From an uncultured Nitrospinota bacterium (GTDB lineage Bacteria; Nitrospinota; Nitrospinia; Nitrospinales; JAJDAT01), in the NCBI GenBank assembly GCA_964344185.1, contig CAYFMN010000009.1, forward strand, positions 19,023-83,022: 64,000 nucleotides of DNA. The letters run 5' to 3'. The position numbers and the translations under genes were made by a program. The notes beneath the pieces were generated by a model that worked only from the letters and a program-made list of their open reading frames with translations, searched no databases and had not been told where the DNA came from. This document shows, piece after piece, positions 9,446-18,640 of the stretch. Numbering within the stretch: the first letter of the stretch is position 1; each line of letters starts with the position of its first letter.

Positions 9446-10777
9446 TTGACTTCTCCTTCTACTATCAAATTCGAATCTTTAGATATCCCAGAGTTAGTTC
9501 TCAAAGGAATTGCAGACGCTGGATTCGATAATTGTACTCCTATCCAAGCTAAAACGTTACCTATTTCGCTAAAAGGAAAAGATGTTGCAGGTCAAGCTCA
9601 AACAGGCACTGGAAAAACCGCAGCCTTTTTAATCTCGCTTTTTTCACATTTAGTTAGAAATGAAGCTCCAGATTCAAAACGACCCGACTGGGTAGCCCCC
9701 AGGGCTTTAATAATAGCCCCAACTCGTGAATTAGCTCGCCAAATACTAAAAGATGCCGACATTTTAGGCAAATATTGCAATTTTAAAACGCTTTGCATTC
9801 ATGGCGGTATCGACTACGAAAAACAAAAAAATAAAATCAAAACTGGAATCGATATTCTTATAGTCACACCTGGCAGGCTAATTGACTTTTATAAACAAAA
9901 GTTTTTTAGCTTAAAGTCGGTAGAAGTTTTGGTTATTGACGAGGCTGACAGGCTTTTTGATATGGGCTTTATCCAAGATACTCGTTATATTTTAAGAAAT
10001 ATTGCTCCTTATAATAAGCGACTTTCGATGCTTTTTTCGGCAACTTTATCACATCAAGTCATGGAGCTTTGCTACGAGCATATGAATAACGCTGAAAAAG
10101 TAGCTATTGAACCAGAAAAAATCGTGGTTGACGAAGTAGAACAGTCAATTTACCACGTCGGTTCGACAGAAAAGCTAAATCTACTATTTGGCTTACTTAA
10201 AAAAGAGGGAGCCGAAAAAACCATCATTTTCTGCAATACTAAGAAAGCAGCCGAAAATGTTGAGGCTCAGCTCAGTCACAATGGTTATAAAGCTTCTCAA
10301 ATTAGCGGTGATGTTAACCAAAGGGTTCGAATTCGAGTGTTGGAAAAATTTGGTTCCGGAGAAATCGATATTTTAATAGCCACTGACGTAGCTTCCCGAG
10401 GGCTTCATATCGACGATATAAGCCACGTCATAAACTATGATATTCCTCAAGATCCAGAGGACTACATTCACCGAATTGGCCGAACGGCAAGAGCTGGAGC
10501 CAAGGGAATTGCCATTTCCTTAGGATGTGAAGATTACATCCAACATTTGGAACGAATAGAAGAAACTTTAAAAAACAAAATTCCTGTAGTTTGGCCTGAA
10601 GACCAATTATTCGTCGATTACCAGACCGCCCCCCCACGGCCGGAAAAAGAAAGGAATAGTCCCCCTCCAAGAAGAAACGGATCGTCCCGAAATGGATCGC
10701 GACCTCCCCGAGGCCGAGGTCGTCCACCTAGAAGAAATACCCGCAATCCCCGACGCGGCGGCCCTTCTAAAGGCTAA
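9446..10777 (+). CDS. DEAD-box ATP-dependent RNA helicase with Arg/Pro-rich C-terminal tail
   Basis: Motifs AQTGTGKT, PTRELA, DEAD, SAT, HRIGRTAR. TTG start as in the ORF track. Confidence 0.9.
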   Translation: MTSPSTIKFESLDIPELVLKGIADAGFDNCTPIQAKTLPISLKGKDVAGQAQTGTGKTAAFLISLFSHLVRNEAPDSKRPDWVAPRALIIAPTRELARQILKDADILGKYCNFKTLCIHGGIDYEKQKNKIKTGIDILIVTPGRLIDFYKQKFFSLKSVEVLVIDEADRLFDMGFIQDTRYILRNIAPYNKRLSMLFSATLSHQVMELCYEHMNNAEKVAIEPEKIVVDEVEQSIYHVGSTEKLNLLFGLLKKEGAEKTIIFCNTKKAAENVEAQLSHNGYKASQISGDVNQRVRIRVLEKFGSGEIDILIATDVASRGLHIDDISHVINYDIPQDPEDYIHRIGRTARAGAKGIAISLGCEDYIQHLERIEETLKNKIPVVWPEDQLFVDYQTAPPRPEKERNSPPPRRNGSSRNGSRPPRGRGRPPRRNTRNPRRGGPSKG

Positions 10778-11278
10778 TTTTTCAACCAGAATTTATTAGA
10801 ATGCACCCCAGCGTTTAAATTCGCTACCTAAGTTTATGATCAATTGTCGTCTTTGCAACAAACTTAAAGAACCTTAATTTCATTTAATTCATATCCAATT
10901 TCCTTATTTCTACAACCAATTATAGAATAATTTAATTACGAAAATCTCTTCACACACCACATAAAAACCTAATATATTACATTAATAAAAATCACAAAAA
11001 TAATGAATATCATTAAACTTTAATTAAAAAAATAAACTCTCTTTAAAAACGTATCATGATGGAATCGCCAAAACAAAACCAGCTCTTGCCCCTAAAGTTT
11101 TAATGTTGTTGACCCGAATCAACCCTCCATTTAATATTAAAGGCCAAAGCAAAGAATAAAAGAGTCTTTTTATCTTTTATTGACCTAAAATATTATATTG
11201 CTGATAGTTTTAGTGACAAATTTTTATTTTATATTTAAAATTTATAAGCAAACTATTTATAAGCTATTAAGAGGTCTT

Positions 11279-12073
11279 ATGTCCTTAAAAAGTAGTTCAT
11301 TGAAAATAGCATTAATTTTATTCACTTTAATTTTTTTTCAAAAGTTTATTGCCCCGACAATTTTACCAGCAAACGATAACGATCCCACCCTTCCATGGGG
11401 ATATGAAGGAGGTACTGGACCTGAACACTGGGGAGGAATAGAAAAAGATCACGAAAAACACCTTATGTGCCGGGAAGGAGTTCGGCAATCGCCAATAAAT
11501 ATCGACCATGTACCTGGATTTAAGCTAGCAAAGCTAAACTATCATTATGCTAAAACGCCAATAAACCTCATAAACAATAGCCATACTATTCTTTTGAAAT
11601 ACCAATCCGGGAGCTTTGTGGAGTGGGACGAAGAAAAATTCGAATTAATACAAATCCATTTCCACCATCCGAGCGAACACCGTGTTAACGGAAAAGCTTA
11701 TCCGATGGAAATTCATCTTGTTCACAAAACTCCTGAACATGATTATATTGTAATCGCCATTTTCGCCCAAACAGGTAAATATAATCCAGCCATACAAAAA
11801 TTATGGAGTAAAATCCCGACTGAAATTGATAAAGTGTATAAATATGACAATGAATCTATTTCGGCAAACGAACTCCTACCTTCTTAAAGAGAATACTTTT
11901 ATTATAATGGCTCGCTAACCACACCACCTTGTTCCGAAAACGTCACTTGGTTTGTGCTGGAAGAGCCTGTCAATGTTTCCAAAGAGCAAGTTGAACACTT
12001 TCAAAAATATATTGATCACAACGCCCGCCCCACCCAAAAAGTAAACCACAGGATAATCGTAAAGATAAAATAA
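11279..12073 (+). pseudogene. periplasmic alpha-class carbonic anhydrase interrupted by one in-frame TAA (11885-11887)
   Basis: Signal peptide after ATG 11279, with AAGAGG upstream. Zn-ligand block QIHFHHPSEH..MEIHLVH. The same frame continues after the TAA as [24 protein letters not shown]...[11 protein letters not shown], ending at TAA 12071-12073. Confidence 0.8.
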
Positions 12074-12513
12074 TCATTTAGTTTCAAATAGTTAAAAAGA
12101 AAAACCTAAAAATAGACATTAATAAAAATATTGAGTTTTCTTTCAAGAATTAGTGTACGTAAGCAACCTCTACCCATGAAAAAACTCGCCGTTTTTCGTT
12201 CCTAGGCTTCTCAACTATCAAACTAGAAAATCAACATTTCCGAGGAACATTGGGGTCTCCACACTCCGGTCTAAATGAATTTGGCTAATTCTTTTTTAAA
12301 TCAAAGTTTTAAGCCCTAATAAGTTTTAAAACATCAAATCGGAAAAATTCACCGTAAATCATCTTAATCAAAGAAAAAATTCCTACCTAATCGTAATCTC
12401 TCTAACTGTAGCAACTCAAAATGACGCGTAATAAAAACATAAATTATTATTTTATAAATAGTTATCTCTCTATTACTGTTTTCCTTCAAACATTTGCAAG
12501 TTTTGGCACGATT

Positions 12514-12529
12514 CTTCCATTAAAAAATT
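12514..12529 (+). promoter_or_regulatory. sigma-54 (-24/-12) promoter candidate
   Basis: TGGCACGATTCTTCCA. GG and the -12 element have canonical spacing (TGGCAC-N5-TTCC versus consensus TGGCAC-N5-TTGC). About 50 nt upstream of the ATG at 12580. Confidence 0.5.
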
Positions 12530-12579
12530 GAACGTCAATAAGCCGCTATCAGGAAAATACTTAGTTTGGAGAAAATGAA

Positions 12580-12999
12580 ATGAAAGAAATTGCTCGGTTA
12601 GGCTCTCTTTTAGAACAAGGTTTAAAACCAAATTCAGAAGCTCGATTAGTTGGATTCAATATAGGTTCCAACGGAAATTTGGATTTCCATGAGGTTCAAA
12701 AATATGTCGAAGAAAGGCGCGAAAACGAGCGATTGCTTGAAGGCATTCAGCAAATTGATTATAGCGGAGATGGAGAAATTAGTTTAGAGGAGCTTAGAGC
12801 TCTTCGAACTAAAATCGTTGTAGAACAATTTTCCAAATCAGATAAGGACAACGGCTTAGTCAGCAATTCTGATCTAAATACTTTCTTTGGAGCGGCTGAC
12901 GGCCGTAGCACAGAACGATCAGATATCTTCAACCCAGGCGATATCGACGGCGATGGGGAAATCTCGCTAGAAGAACTGGAAGCTATACGAAGGAGATAA
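12580..12999 (+). CDS. EF-hand calcium-binding protein
   Basis: 139 aa. Canonical 12-residue EF loops DYSGDGEISLEE and DIDGDGEISLEE plus a degenerate NIGSNGNLDFHE. TGGAG SD 9 nt upstream. No signal peptide. Confidence 0.75.
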   Translation: MKEIARLGSLLEQGLKPNSEARLVGFNIGSNGNLDFHEVQKYVEERRENERLLEGIQQIDYSGDGEISLEELRALRTKIVVEQFSKSDKDNGLVSNSDLNTFFGAADGRSTERSDIFNPGDIDGDGEISLEELEAIRRR

Positions 13000-13055
13000 A
13001 ATTATGGGGAAGCCTTCCCCCTATCTTTGAATTTCAGGAAATACATGGAGATTCT

Positions 13056-13325
13056 ATGATTTACGGAATTTTTGATCGCAGTCTAGATGCTGTAAGGTAT
13101 CAACCAAAAATAAGAAATTATTCCGCCACCGCTACTTTGGATTTTGCTGAAATCCAGAAAAATATTCAGGAAAGAAAGCTATGGGAAATTTCTAACGGTA
13201 TCAATGTTAATGGCGACGCAAACCTAAGCATTGACGAAATGAAGCATACTAGAACCAATACCGCCTATCGTTACATAAAGCGCCAAGACCAAACAGAAAG
13301 TATTGGAATTGTGCAAGGAGAATAA
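13056..13325 (+). CDS. small EF-hand-like protein, paralog of the upstream gene
   Basis: 89 aa. Shares LDFAEIQKNIQER with LDFHEVQKYVEER of the neighbour. One degenerate loop, NVNGDANLSIDE. Confidence 0.55.
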   Translation: MIYGIFDRSLDAVRYQPKIRNYSATATLDFAEIQKNIQERKLWEISNGINVNGDANLSIDEMKHTRTNTAYRYIKRQDQTESIGIVQGE

Positions 13326-13351
13326 AATCCAAATCTCCTCTACAGCGCTAT

Positions 13352-14761
13352 TCAAAGATCATATTTCTTAACCATTCGGTAGACCGTACTCTTTCCTAAC
13401 CCCAGCTCTTTTGCCGCTTGAAGTACATTCCCATCGGTGGCAGCCAAAGCATTTCGCAAGGTTTGCTCTAGAACTTTTTCATAAGGAATTATCGGAGAAA
13501 TCCCTGTAGAAGCTGAAGATTCTTTTTCCAATTCATTATTACTTTTAGAAGCTAAATCTTTCGGCATGGAAACTATTAGGGAAGGCGCTGCTTGGAACAC
13601 TTCATCCGGTAAACAATCCAAATCGATAACCCCGGTTTCATTAATAATCATCGCTTGATATATAGCGTTTTCCAACTGTCTTATATTACCTGGCCATTGA
13701 TACTTAGTTAGAGCCTCCATTGCTCCCGGCGTAAACGAGTGAATATCTTTATTTAATTCTTCTTTATATTTTTCTAAAAAATGTAAACACAAAAGAGGGA
13801 TATCCTCGACACGCTCCCGTAAAGGAGGAATTTCCATAGGGAAAACAGCTAGTCTGTAATAAAGGTCTTCTCGAAAGCGCCCTTCTTCTACTTCTATTTT
13901 TAAATCTTTGTTAGTAGCGGCAATCACTCTAGTATCAACCTGAATTTTCTGATTATCTCCTACTCGCTCGAAGTTTCTTTCTTGTAAAAACCGAAGAAAT
14001 TTAGTCTGAGTTTCTAGGTTCATCTCGGCAACCTCGTCAAGAAATAAAGTTCCGCCATTAGCCAACTCTAATTTTCCAATACGCGACTCAGTTGCGCCAG
14101 TAAAGGCTCCTTTTTTATGACCAAATAATTCACTTTCTTGTAAAGTTTCAGGAATAGCTCCGCAATTAATATCTACAAATAAACCTTGCGAATAGGGACT
14201 ATTTTGGTGAATTGCACGCGCGAGTAGCTCTTTACCCGTTCCGCTTTCGCCTAAAATTAAAACGCTTGCTTTACTATTTTCTACTTTGTGGGCTTTTGCC
14301 AGCATGCCAGCTAGAGATTTACTTTTTCCGATAATACCTTCCGGATTGGTTCCTTGCCTTAACTCTTCTTCTAACCTGCGGACTTTCCGTTTAAGAGAAA
14401 ATTGTTCAATCGCTTTTTCTAAAGTTGTAATTAAGCGGGTTTCGTCAAAGGGCTTTACGATATAATCATACGCTCCCATTTTTATGGCTTTTACCGCAGT
14501 TTCCGCGTTGTCGATACTGGTCGCCATGATAACTGGAATATCTTTATCTGCCTTTTGAATCCCCTCTAAAGTTTCCAAACCTCCGATACCTGGCATCATC
14601 AAGTCCAACACAATAGCAATAGGATCTTTATCCAACTCTTTAAGACAAGTTTCTCCGTTTTCAAAATCCGCAACTTGATACCCCTTCTCTTCCAACCATA
14701 TTTTTAAGAGACCGCGAATTTGTGGATCGTCGTCTACTGTGAAAATAAGTTCATTTGACAT
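13352..14761 (-). CDS. sigma-54-dependent response regulator (REC - AAA+ - Fis-type HTH; NtrC family)
   Basis: 469 aa. Receiver with phospho-acceptor context VLDLMMPG, Walker A GESGTGKE, GAFTGA loop, C-terminal HTH. No adjacent histidine kinase. Confidence 0.9.
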   Translation of the reverse strand: MSNELIFTVDDDPQIRGLLKIWLEEKGYQVADFENGETCLKELDKDPIAIVLDLMMPGIGGLETLEGIQKADKDIPVIMATSIDNAETAVKAIKMGAYDYIVKPFDETRLITTLEKAIEQFSLKRKVRRLEEELRQGTNPEGIIGKSKSLAGMLAKAHKVENSKASVLILGESGTGKELLARAIHQNSPYSQGLFVDINCGAIPETLQESELFGHKKGAFTGATESRIGKLELANGGTLFLDEVAEMNLETQTKFLRFLQERNFERVGDNQKIQVDTRVIAATNKDLKIEVEEGRFREDLYYRLAVFPMEIPPLRERVEDIPLLCLHFLEKYKEELNKDIHSFTPGAMEALTKYQWPGNIRQLENAIYQAMIINETGVIDLDCLPDEVFQAAPSLIVSMPKDLASKSNNELEKESSASTGISPIIPYEKVLEQTLRNALAATDGNVLQAAKELGLGKSTVYRMVKKYDL

Positions 14762-14881
14762 AAAAAATCAGAAAATCAATACCTTTACATTAGATGAAAT
14801 TAAATATAATATCATAATCACATCTCTTAAATTAGATTCCATAAGCTAGACAAATTTCCAAGCAATAACAAGGAGAATAAA

Positions 14882-15505
14882 ATGACGATTTGCGTTACCC
14901 GTAAATTAATTGCTATTTTTATCATTTCCGTTTTATTCAACGGTTGCACAACCGTGCTAACGGAAACCGCCAAAAAAGCTCTTGAAACTCGAACTACAGA
15001 AGATCAAGTAACCGATACTAAAATTGGCGCGGGAATTTTGGATCGATGGACAGATAAAGATAAAGGACTTATATTAGACGTTAGCGCCGACGTTTGGGAA
15101 CAACGAGTTTTGTTGACCGGTACCTTAGACAACGCAAATTTGATTAAAGAAGTGGTTGCACTAGCAAGTCAAGACAATCGTATTAAAAAGGTTTATAACG
15201 AAATTTTACTTGTTTCAACAGCGGAAAAAGAAAAAAGAAGAGCTGAACAAGAAGAAAAGAAAGAAGGAGGAGTTGGACAAAGCGTTAATGACTTTTGGAT
15301 TTCCACTAAGATACAAGGTCAACTTATTGCTGCAAATGGGGTTAAATCGGTTAATTACCGATGGCGATCTGTACTTAATAAAGTTTATGTTATTGGTAAA
15401 GCGCGATTTCAGGGCGAAAAAGACGCCGTACTAAAAATCATTAGAGAAACAAAAGGGGTGTTATCCGTAACTGAATATATAGAAGTTATTCCCCCAGCAG
15501 CGTAA
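14882..15505 (+). CDS. BON-domain lipoprotein (OsmY-like)
   Basis: 207 aa. Lipobox LFNGC. Two BON-like segments separated by a Lys/Glu-rich linker. Confidence 0.75.
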   Translation: MTICVTRKLIAIFIISVLFNGCTTVLTETAKKALETRTTEDQVTDTKIGAGILDRWTDKDKGLILDVSADVWEQRVLLTGTLDNANLIKEVVALASQDNRIKKVYNEILLVSTAEKEKRRAEQEEKKEGGVGQSVNDFWISTKIQGQLIAANGVKSVNYRWRSVLNKVYVIGKARFQGEKDAVLKIIRETKGVLSVTEYIEVIPPAA

Positions 15506-15510
15506 ACTTT

Positions 15511-15611
15511 TAAGAGGACTTCTAACAATTGGCATTTTTACTGGTTTGCTATCGCCTAGCCCTTGAATTTAAGGACCAGGCTCCTGGCAAATCTGAATTT
15601 TTAGAGATTCC
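15511..15611 (+). repeat. family-1 intergenic repeat, copy A
   Basis: Near-identical to 46909-47008 by direct comparison. Outer stem GGTTTGC/GCAAATC encloses inner stem GCCTAGCCC/GGACCAGGC, followed by a T5 run. SD-like AAGAGGA plus a TTG mini-ORF at 15529-15621. Confidence 0.8.
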
Positions 15612-15749
15612 TTTTAATTAATAATGGTTCATGGCTGGATATTAAACCTTTTATCGGCTCTTAATTAGTTATGGACCATATTTATTTTAAAAACTAACTT
15701 GAAGACTTTCATTAAATGATTTTTTTAAAGAAACCACTCTGGAGCGTTC

Positions 15750-16277
15750 ATGAAAATTGACTTTTCTCATATTAAATATGGAGTAGCCCTTGCACTAATT
15801 GCTATTTTATTTGGCGGTTCGCTAGGACTATCTTTTGGTTGTTGCGAACATTCGCTAAAAGACTATTTGAAACATGAAGCGACTGGAGCTTTGGAGACTA
15901 AGTACGGAGGAGATCAAGCAAAGGCTGATAAAGTGACAAAAAAATCCTGGGTTTATTATAAACGAGCGCATTTGCATTCCCAAACGATGGGAGCAATTGC
16001 AATCGTTTTTTCATTAATTGTCGCCTGGTTAGGTTTTGCACCCAAAATACAAATGGGCGTATCAGTTTTAAGTGGATTTGGAAGTTTAGGTTATGGAATA
16101 TTTTGGTTGTTAGCCGGGGCGTTAGCCCCTGGCATGGGATCTACTGGGGCTGCTAAAGAGGCTGTGGGGCTTATTGCTCAAGTTTCTGGGGCCAGTTTTT
16201 TTGTTTCTGGGTTAGTTGTTTTTGGTTTTGTAATCTACAAACTAATCTTATCCCCTTCGAAACAAATAGAATCGTAA
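15750..16277 (+). CDS. hypothetical membrane protein (about 4 TM)
   Basis: 175 aa with hydrophobic Gly-rich helices. No motif recognised. Confidence 0.6.
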   Translation: MKIDFSHIKYGVALALIAILFGGSLGLSFGCCEHSLKDYLKHEATGALETKYGGDQAKADKVTKKSWVYYKRAHLHSQTMGAIAIVFSLIVAWLGFAPKIQMGVSVLSGFGSLGYGIFWLLAGALAPGMGSTGAAKEAVGLIAQVSGASFFVSGLVVFGFVIYKLILSPSKQIES

Positions 16278-16309
16278 TACGGATTTACCAAATGAATTCA
16301 TAAGCAAAC

Positions 16310-16771
16310 CTACAGAGCGGTACGATTCAATAGTTCCGTATATTTATTATTAACGGTTTCAAACCGTTTAAGCACGACTTTAAGAAGTTGATCTTTAAAT
16401 TTAACTTGTAATTTAAAGTCCATTCCTTCTAAAGTCTCAAGCTTCATTCCCATAAGGATAGTTGAAGTATCGGCAACGGCGTTAGAGGTTCGTTTGCCTT
16501 TTCTAAGCAAGGACATCTCTCCAAAAACTGCTCCCTGGTTCAATTTGGTGAGCGTAACTTCTTTGTCCGGCATTGTTTTAGTAATTAAAACCGATCCCCT
16601 TAAAATAATGTAAAGCGCCTGGTCGGTATCCCCCTCTTCAATTATTCTTTGGTTTTCTTCGTACTTAAAAAAAAGATTTTGTTTGGAAGCAAGATCTTGC
16701 AACTCTTTTTCCTTAAAGTTTGCAAAAAAAGGAACCCCTTCCAACCATCTTACAATATTTGTAGTATCCAT
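16310..16771 (-). CDS. stand-alone cyclic nucleotide-binding domain protein
   Basis: 153 aa. CNB core GAVFGEMSLLRKGKRTS. Paralog of 16970-17467 and 34860-35360. Confidence 0.8.
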   Translation of the reverse strand: MDTTNIVRWLEGVPFFANFKEKELQDLASKQNLFFKYEENQRIIEEGDTDQALYIILRGSVLITKTMPDKEVTLTKLNQGAVFGEMSLLRKGKRTSNAVADTSTILMGMKLETLEGMDFKLQVKFKDQLLKVVLKRFETVNNKYTELLNRTAL

Positions 16772-16969
16772 AGTTTCCTCCTAAGACAACGAGTCTATTG
16801 GGCTTTTGAAACTTGAGATGTCAGCAAAAGAATAACATCGTTTAATTGGAAGCTCTTTAAAATATTTTGAAGCGCTAATTTAAACTTTTTTCTGTTTTGC
16901 AATTAGAAAAAAGTCTAATCTAAATCAATTACATATATTTTTCTAGACAAAACCTAACAGCGGGGAGTT

Positions 16970-17467
16970 TTATTGCTTTGAAGATACTTTACAAAGCGCT
17001 TCAACATGTTTGTTGTCGATAACCTCAAATCGTTTAAGGACAACCTTAAGGAGTTGGTCTCTAAATTTGTTTTGAAGATGTATATTCCAATCATCCATAT
17101 GCTTGGGTTTGATTGTCATGGTGATGCTCATTGTTTCAGCAGTGACGGTGGAAGTTCTTTTTCCTTTTCGAAGAATCGACAGCTCGCCAAAAACTGCGCC
17201 TTCTTTAAGCTTATTAATTAGAACCTCTCTACCCTGCGCTGTCTTGGTTATACGAACAGCCCCTTTCAATAAAACATGAAATGATACATCTGTTTGCCCT
17301 TCTTCTATTATTTTGTCGCCTTCGTCATATTTGTAAAAATATCCTTGATTGGAAGCTAACGTTTCCAACTCATTTTTATTAAAAGGAGAAAAAAAAGGAA
17401 TCGCTTGCATCCAATGCATAATCGTAGCTGTTTCCATTAACTCGTCTCTCAAATAATAAAAAACCAA
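16970..17467 (-). CDS. stand-alone cyclic nucleotide-binding domain protein
   Basis: 165 aa. GAVFGELSILRKGKRTS. The true start is possibly the internal ATG at 17437 (METATIMHW..), which aligns with the paralog N-termini. Confidence 0.8.
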   Translation of the reverse strand: MVFYYLRDELMETATIMHWMQAIPFFSPFNKNELETLASNQGYFYKYDEGDKIIEEGQTDVSFHVLLKGAVRITKTAQGREVLINKLKEGAVFGELSILRKGKRTSTVTAETMSITMTIKPKHMDDWNIHLQNKFRDQLLKVVLKRFEVIDNKHVEALCKVSSKQ

Positions 17468-17492
17468 ATAATTAATCTAGCTAATAAACTGT

Positions 17493-18131
17493 CTAAACTG
17501 ACCAATCTACTTTTAATTCCTGGACGCCCTTCCCTTTGCTTTTATATTTCACATAACCATTATTTTTACCAAACAGAAATAAATCGCGCGTAATTTCGAC
17601 ATCCTTCATACAATATTCTTCAATAAGATCCATTTTACCTTCTTTATACCATTGCAACGCTAACAAACCATCCGCGCTTTTTTCCGCGCCAAAGCTTTCC
17701 TGGGCCAAATGGTTTAAACTCAAACGAAACCCTAAACGCTTTTTAATATCAATTAACATATCAAAAGTATTAATTTCATTGAGATCTACTTTTGAGTATG
17801 GTTGTAAAACTGAATAATCAAAACCAATTACATTAAATCCCACAACAAGATCCGCAGATTTCAATTTTTCGACGAGCTTTTCGGCGTCTTTTTCCCAATA
17901 AGAAATATATTTTTCCTCTAAACTATCCCAAACGACACCAACCGATAATTTCATAAGGTGGCTATTGCCCCAACCTCCTACTTCATCGGCGCCTTTTTGG
18001 GTTTCTAAGTCAAAATAAACAACCCTAGGACATTTTTTCTCAGGCTTTTGCGTAGCTTCCTGCTTGGTATCTTCTAGTTTCGGTTTAGCCGTGGTATCTG
18101 GCTCAGCAAATAAATCAAATTGTTCTGACAT
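17493..18131 (-). CDS. RNase H-fold 3'-5' exonuclease-like protein (DEDDy-type motifs)
   Basis: 212 aa. YFDLET (ExoI-like), GFNVIGFDYSVL (ExoII-like), YCMKDVEITRDLF (ExoIII-like YxxxD). Disordered acidic/basic N-terminus. Confidence 0.6.
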   Translation of the reverse strand: MSEQFDLFAEPDTTAKPKLEDTKQEATQKPEKKCPRVVYFDLETQKGADEVGGWGNSHLMKLSVGVVWDSLEEKYISYWEKDAEKLVEKLKSADLVVGFNVIGFDYSVLQPYSKVDLNEINTFDMLIDIKKRLGFRLSLNHLAQESFGAEKSADGLLALQWYKEGKMDLIEEYCMKDVEITRDLFLFGKNNGYVKYKSKGKGVQELKVDWSV

Positions 18132-18262
18132 GAGAGGCGTCTTTAAAAAAATTTAAAAATGTCTTTATACACCACAATAGATTTTTTTTCGACAAGTTTT
18201 ATAAAGCCTTATGAATAAAAGAGTATCTATTAAAATATTAAATTTCTCATTCTCCTTAATAT

Positions 18263-18350
18263 TAAGGGGATATCTAATAATTGTTATTTTTATAAAGTTG
18301 TTGGTCTGGTCCTTCACTTTAAGGACCAAGCCCCTCACAAATCTGAATAA
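18263..18350 (+). repeat. family-1 intergenic repeat, diverged copy C
   Basis: Alignable end to end with copies A and B (TAAGGGGATATCTAATAATTGTTATTTTTA...TTTAAGGACCAAGCCCCTCACAAATCTGAA). Hairpin rebuilt as TCTGGTCC/GGACCA. Confidence 0.65.
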
Positions 18351-18640
18351 ACCAAACTTTTTCTTCTTAATCTTCACCAAATCACCAAATAACTCTCAAA
18401 ACTCATTGAGAGAAAATTAGAAAAAACTGTAATCCTTTTTAAGTTATTTTGGCTTTGTATTTGCATTTTTAAATTTGCAATAAGCGCAGGCTTTTCTGGG
18501 CCTTCAACAAAATCAAATAACTCTTTATTAATAAAATAGTTAGCAATCACTACTAAATAATTTAATGCTAATACTAATTGTTGGTTGGCGGAAAAATTTT
18601 CCGATCTAATGAAATACCAATTATATAAACTAAAAAACGC

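Noticed and set aside
15529-15621. Family-1 mini-ORF as a real small protein or type I toxin
   Set aside because: Differences between copies A and B are all non-synonymous. Copy C breaks the frame after 4 codons, and the hydrophobic stretch is too short for a TM helix. It is kept only as a secondary hypothesis inside the repeat finding.
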